The position numbers and the translations under genes were made by a program. From a virus, in UHGV virus genome UHGV-0388612: a stretch of DNA of 17,813 nt. One strand, given 5' to 3'. Below, one piece after another: positions 15,130-17,813 of the stretch. Numbering within the stretch: position 1 is the stretch's first letter; each line of letters starts with the position of its first letter. The notes beneath the pieces are model-generated. The model saw nothing but the letters and a program-made list of their open reading frames with translations, made no database searches and was not told where the DNA came from.

Positions 15130-15546
15130 TTACTTGTGGCGCTGCAAGCTGGTGAACTTGTACCCGTTGCGCCCCTGCTTCTTCACAACTTCGAACTTGA
15201 TTGCGGGATTCCACGGCGGGCAACCTACGATGCTGAAAAGGTTCTTCATCGAGGTTTCAACGCCCGTGCTGGTGCATCCGTAGGCATCGCCCTTCGGGGT
15301 GATAAGCACGATGCGATTGCGCTGCATAATCTCACCCGTCGCATTGTCGGTCATTTCCACGGGCTGAATAATGACGTTCTCAACCTCAACGACCTTCCCC
15401 ACCATGTCATCGAGGGAGAGGGAGTTAGAAACAGCCTCGTAAATGTCCAGCCTGTCCTCTTGCGTCTCCGCATGAATCGAGCAATACATGCCCTTAACCA
15501 TATCGGGCGCGTCGTTCGTGATGGTCGCAAGTTCGGTGTTCTCCAT
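15130..15546 (-). CDS. single-stranded DNA-binding protein (phi29 p5-like)
   Basis: The N-terminus MENT... is identical to phi29 p5, and the C-terminus ...YKFTSLQRHK resembles p5 ...VFFSLQLSL. Size is 138 aa versus 124 aa. It sits between the p6-like and TP genes. SD AAAGGA is 7 nt upstream. Confidence 0.65.
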   Translation of the reverse strand: MENTELATITNDAPDMVKGMYCSIHAETQEDRLDIYEAVSNSLSLDDMVGKVVEVENVIIQPVEMTDNATGEIMQRNRIVLITPKGDAYGCTSTGVETSMKNLFSIVGCPPWNPAIKFEVVKKQGRNGYKFTSLQRHK

Positions 15547-15566
15547 GTCTTTTTCCTTTCGTTCAT

Positions 15567-15586
15567 GGGCGGCGTTTTCGCCGCCC
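15567..15586 (-). promoter_or_regulatory. GC hairpin (GGGCGGCG-UUUU-CGCCGCCC) between p6-like and SSB genes, no U-tract
   Basis: Perfect 8-bp stem. It is related in sequence to the hairpin at 15082-15104. On the transcribed strand it is followed by the SSB RBS rather than U's. It may be a processing or stability element, or a weak terminator. Confidence 0.4.
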
Positions 15587-15597
15587 GCTCTACCGTG

Positions 15598-15858
15598 TTA
15601 GTCCTCGTCCGCTTCTGTCGCGTCGCAAGGGGTGCCGTACTTCTTGAAGTCCTCAAACGTCATCTTGTACAGCTGCTCATGCTCCACAACGTCAACGGCT
15701 GCAAAACTAGGCTCCTGCTTGCGAATGAGCGCTTGAGCGGTGTTCAGGCCGCACTTCTTGTCAAGCTGATAGGCAACCTGCACGGGCTGACCGTCCTTGA
15801 TAACGTACCCGCGCACCTCCGTGCTTGTGAACTTCTTCTGAATCGTGTTGCGTGCCAT
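15598..15858 (-). CDS. small early protein, candidate dsDNA-binding/nucleoid protein (phi29 p6-like), acidic C-terminus
   Basis: First gene after a near-consensus promoter. It is 86 aa with an acidic tail (CDATEADED), like p6. SD GGAAAGGA is 7 nt upstream. It lies upstream of the SSB as in the phi29 gene 6-5 order. Confidence 0.5.
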   Translation of the reverse strand: MARNTIQKKFTSTEVRGYVIKDGQPVQVAYQLDKKCGLNTAQALIRKQEPSFAAVDVVEHEQLYKMTFEDFKKYGTPCDATEADED

Positions 15859-15898
15859 GATAAAATCCTTTCCGTTGTGTACCTTAATGGCAACTCAT

Positions 15899-15927
15899 AT
15901 ATTACGCCTTTCGGTGCGGCTTGTCAA
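15899..15927 (-). promoter_or_regulatory. early promoter TTGACA(15927..15922)-17 nt-TAATAT(15904..15899)
   Basis: Read from the sequence. The predicted TSS is about 34 nt upstream of the p6-like ATG. A second TTGCAA hexamer lies 20 nt further upstream. Confidence 0.55.
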
Positions 15928-16109
15928 GTATTAAAACCCACTTGCAAGCCGATCCACAAAACCTACATAATTGGGGAGCTAGTCCGCATCATCAATCTTG
16001 ATGACCGCATACCATACCTCCGTGATAGTCGATAATCTTACGAACGTTCTTTTCCAATTTAGTCTCCATTGTACTACCCCTTTCTAACAGATGGGCATGT
16101 TGCCTAAAT

Positions 16110-16298
16110 TTAAAAATATAGAATTAAATCCCTTTTAAACTCCCTTTCATCCATGCCAGCTATATAGCCTTTTTCAGCCCAATAGCTCAAATGTTTAGGA
16201 ACGCTTCCATGCTCGTGCATATCACCGTTCGCTTTGATGAAACCATGAAGCTTTGAAAGCTCGTATCCATTTAAATAATCTTGCTTTTCTTGTTTCAT
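16110..16298 (-). CDS. hypothetical protein (62 aa) in AT-rich early region
   Basis: ATG at 16296-16298 (MKQEKQDYLNGYELSKLHGF...) with GGGGGT 4 nt upstream. The track ORF starts at a TTG 15 nt further up. Confidence 0.4.
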   Translation of the reverse strand: MKQEKQDYLNGYELSKLHGFIKANGDMHEHGSVPKHLSYWAEKGYIAGMDEREFKRDLILYF

Positions 16299-16371
16299 CG
16301 ATACCCCCTGCAAATGTAAACCATTCCGATTGCATATGCTATGATGGCGAATATGGTTTCCGGGTTCATAG

Positions 16372-16530
16372 TCACCCTACTTTCTTCATGGAAACGAAAA
16401 CGTAAGACGGATGTTTTTCCATGAATTGAAGATATTCGCATGCTGCTTTGATCGTATCACAGTGCATATGTTTAAGCTCGTAAACCCCGGTTTCTTTGTT
16501 GAGTTGGTAATATTTGATTACGTAGAACAT
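16372..16530 (-). CDS. hypothetical small protein (52 aa), below ORF-track cutoff
   Basis: The ATG at 16528-16530 is preceded by a strong SD AAAGGAG at 6 nt. The sequence is MFYVIKYYQLNKETGVYELKHMHCDTIKAACEYLQFMEKHPSYVFVSMKKVG. Confidence 0.4.
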   Translation of the reverse strand: MFYVIKYYQLNKETGVYELKHMHCDTIKAACEYLQFMEKHPSYVFVSMKKVG

Positions 16531-16595
16531 GGTAGGCTCCTTTGACTTGTTTAACTGACACTTACATTGATAGCGAGAATCACGTCCATCGTTGC

Positions 16596-16913
16596 CTACT
16601 CAACAATGCCCGCAGCAAACCAATACGGGCTATCATCGTCCGCACCTTTCGCCGTCGCGCGAATATCGGCAGCGCTCATATCGGGCACGAAGTCGCAAAA
16701 ATCATTGATGAACGCATGTACATGCTTCCACGTGGTTACGCTGTAGTCATAGCGCGGAAGCAGATAGCAACGCATCTTGCAGAACACAGCCACACGCGAC
16801 GCATACGAGGTGAGAACGTACGCATTTTCAAGATGGATGTTCTCGCCATTCTCAAGCCTTAGCGTGATGGATGCCACATGTTCAACGGTGGCGCTCATGT
16901 TGCGGAGTTTCAT
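16596..16913 (-). CDS. hypothetical protein (105 aa), first gene downstream of the minus-strand promoter at 16963-16991
   Basis: ATG at 16911-16913 (MKLRNMSATVEHV...) with SD GAAAGGA 6 nt upstream. The track ORF extends 15 codons further upstream without an SD. Confidence 0.5.
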   Translation of the reverse strand: MKLRNMSATVEHVASITLRLENGENIHLENAYVLTSYASRVAVFCKMRCYLLPRYDYSVTTWKHVHAFINDFCDFVPDMSAADIRATAKGADDDSPYWFAAGIVE

Positions 16914-16962
16914 TTTCGTTCCTTTCTGTTGTATTCTAGCGCCTTCCCTTCGGCGCAATTAC

Positions 16963-16991
16963 AATATACGCCACTATGTACCACTTTGCAA
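16963..16991 (-). promoter_or_regulatory. promoter TTGCAA(16991..16986)-17 nt-TATATT(16968..16963), minus strand
   Basis: Read from the sequence. The TSS is about 43 nt upstream of the ATG at 16913. The -35 hexamer is self-complementary. A 5-bp GC hairpin (16940-16957) lies in the leader. Confidence 0.5.
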
Positions 16992-17053
16992 TAGCTGTTT
17001 ATGTTCTCCATATTTCCTACATAAAGCCGCATAATCCACTTGAAAATATGTAC

Positions 17054-17082
17054 TTGACAACTGTACACGATTGTTATATTAT
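17054..17082 (+). promoter_or_regulatory. divergent plus-strand promoter TTGACA(17054-17059)-17 nt-TATTAT(17077-17082)
   Basis: Read from the sequence. The TSS is about 22 nt upstream of the ATG at 17111. The AT-rich 17071-17085 also offers TGtTATATT. Confidence 0.5.
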
Positions 17083-17110
17083 AATAGTACACCAACCGAA
17101 AGGAGTAACA

Positions 17111-17362
17111 ATGTACAGCACCAGCGAACAGGTATACACAGCGGCTAACAACCTCACTGACAATATAGGCGGCTTCTTTAGCGAACTGCTGCGGCTGCTG
17201 TTCACGCTGATTGATACGCTTATAGAGTGCGCTATGTATGTCTTTGATTGCGTCACAAGTAACCCCGTTCTACTGCTTGCGTTCGTCGTGTGCTTCATGT
17301 ACTATATACGCCGCAAGTATTATGTGCATAGTGTGAAGCCTAAGCGTGTACGTAAGCAATAA
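17111..17362 (+). CDS. small membrane protein (83 aa), the only well-supported plus-strand gene
   Basis: SD AAAGGAGT is 4 nt upstream of the ATG. The sequence is MYSTSEQVYTAANNLTDNIGGFFSELLRLLFTLIDTLIECAMYVFDCVTSNPVLLLAFVVCFMYYIRRKYYVHSVKPKRVRKQ. It has a hydrophobic helix (PVLLLAFVVCFMYYI) followed by a basic tail. Confidence 0.55.
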   Translation: MYSTSEQVYTAANNLTDNIGGFFSELLRLLFTLIDTLIECAMYVFDCVTSNPVLLLAFVVCFMYYIRRKYYVHSVKPKRVRKQ

Positions 17363-17374
17363 CATAATATGTAC

Positions 17375-17403
17375 TTGCATATGCTCACCACCTATGCTAT
17401 AAT
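17375..17403 (+). promoter_or_regulatory. promoter TTGCAT(17375-17380)-17 nt-TATAAT(17398-17403), plus strand
   Basis: Consensus -10, read from the sequence. The TSS is about 21 nt upstream of the ATG at 17431. Confidence 0.55.
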
Positions 17404-17430
17404 ATAGTCACAAAGAAAGGAGATATACAT

Positions 17431-17610
17431 ATGAATGATGTTGTTATTGTTCCTCATGTGCTCCCTAACCCGTACAAGACTGCGGCGCTGGGGAGGTACA
17501 TGGGGAACGGAGGGAACAAAGTACAACATTATCGCCGTAGACGGCGACTAGCGCTGATTATAACCGGCTCAGCCATCAGTAATACCTCCCCAACTGTTTC
17601 ATGTACTTGA
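17431..17610 (+). CDS. hypothetical small protein (59 aa) with Arg-rich segment
   Basis: SD AGGAG is 8 nt upstream. The sequence is MNDVVIVPHVLPNPYKTAALGRYMGNGGNKVQHYRRRRRLALIITGSAISNTSPTVSCT. Its 3' end overlaps the convergent minus ORF by 35 nt. Confidence 0.4.
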   Translation: MNDVVIVPHVLPNPYKTAALGRYMGNGGNKVQHYRRRRRLALIITGSAISNTSPTVSCT

Positions 17611-17797
17611 TGAACTGTCGAAGATGGTACTGAGCTTCTTTTCCAACTTCCGGGTCTGATACTTCCAGCTGCTTCTTCCCGGTGTCGCATATTCTTATCT
17701 GTACAGTGGCGGATATATACATATCAGTTTCAACCGTGTATTTAACATCTTCGATTTTATAAACATTATCCTCGATGATCTGAATAGTATCTACCAT
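17576..17797 (-). CDS. hypothetical protein (at least 73 aa), possibly N-terminally truncated by the window edge
   Basis: The sequence looks protein-like (MVDTIQIIEDNVYKIEDVKYTVETDMYISATVQIRICDTGKKQLEVSDPEVGKEAQYHLRQFIKYMKQLGRYY). There is no SD before the ATG at 17797. The reading frame stays open to the window end, so the true start may lie outside. Confidence 0.35.
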   Translation of the reverse strand: MVDTIQIIEDNVYKIEDVKYTVETDMYISATVQIRICDTGKKQLEVSDPEVGKEAQYHLRQFIKYMKQLGRYY

Positions 17798-17813
17798 GTC
17801 GCCATTCTTAGTC

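Noticed and set aside
15351-15656. 101-aa minus-strand Arg-rich ORF
   Set aside because: It is an alternative frame overlapping the SSB gene. It is extremely R/T-rich, a typical out-of-frame artefact.
15136-16035. 299-aa plus-strand ORF
   Set aside because: It is antisense to the SSB and p6-like genes and the early promoter. It has no RBS.
1-17813. tRNA genes, CRISPR arrays, integrase, repressor or attachment sites
   Set aside because: No cloverleaf-compatible segment or repeat-spacer array was seen. No tyrosine/serine recombinase-like ORF. All large ORFs are accounted for by replication, structural or lysis functions, consistent with a virulent phage.

Overview
The window reads as most of a small, linear phi29-like (protein-primed, Picovirinae-type) podovirus genome. 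Almost every gene is on the minus strand. Reading the minus strand from high to low coordinates, the layout is as follows. An AT-rich block of small unknown genes sits at about 17800-16100. An early replication operon follows: a p6-like DNA-binding protein, a p5-like SSB, a terminal protein, a family-B protein-primed DNA polymerase and a small ribbon-helix-helix regulator (15858-12348). A roughly 215-nt GC-rich structured non-coding region comes next (12347-12135). The late operon follows: scaffold, major capsid protein, tail knob, connector, lower collar, an unknown structural protein, two paralogous fibre genes, a tail-associated lysozyme/NlpC-P60 hydrolase and the packaging ATPase (12134-2309). 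A lysis cassette of holin plus a signal-peptide Amidase_2/CW_7 endolysin occupies 2295-1164. A hairpin terminator fused to a promoter lies at about 1102-1160, then a terminal cassette of small membrane and hypothetical proteins at 1065-80. The identifications rest on direct similarity I recognise to phi29 DNAP motifs (Exo I-III, Dx2SLYP, Kx3NSxYG, YxDTDS), the gp16 ATPase Walker motifs, and the gp10 connector, gp8 capsid and gp9 tail-knob conserved blocks, plus consistent strong AGGAGG-type ribosome-binding sites and sigma-A-like promoters. Several things differ from the phi29 paradigm. Early and late genes are co-directional. The lysis genes follow rather than precede the ATPase. There is no head-fibre gene. 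The intergenic region between the early and late modules carries a promoter, about 170 nt of structured RNA and an intrinsic terminator, which makes it a candidate pRNA-like packaging RNA or antitermination switch. No tRNA, CRISPR, integrase or repressor was seen, which is consistent with a virulent phage. Composition is not uniform: the body looks GC-rich, while the two ends, especially 16000-17813, are clearly AT-richer. All homology statements come from memory of reference proteins, not from a database search.
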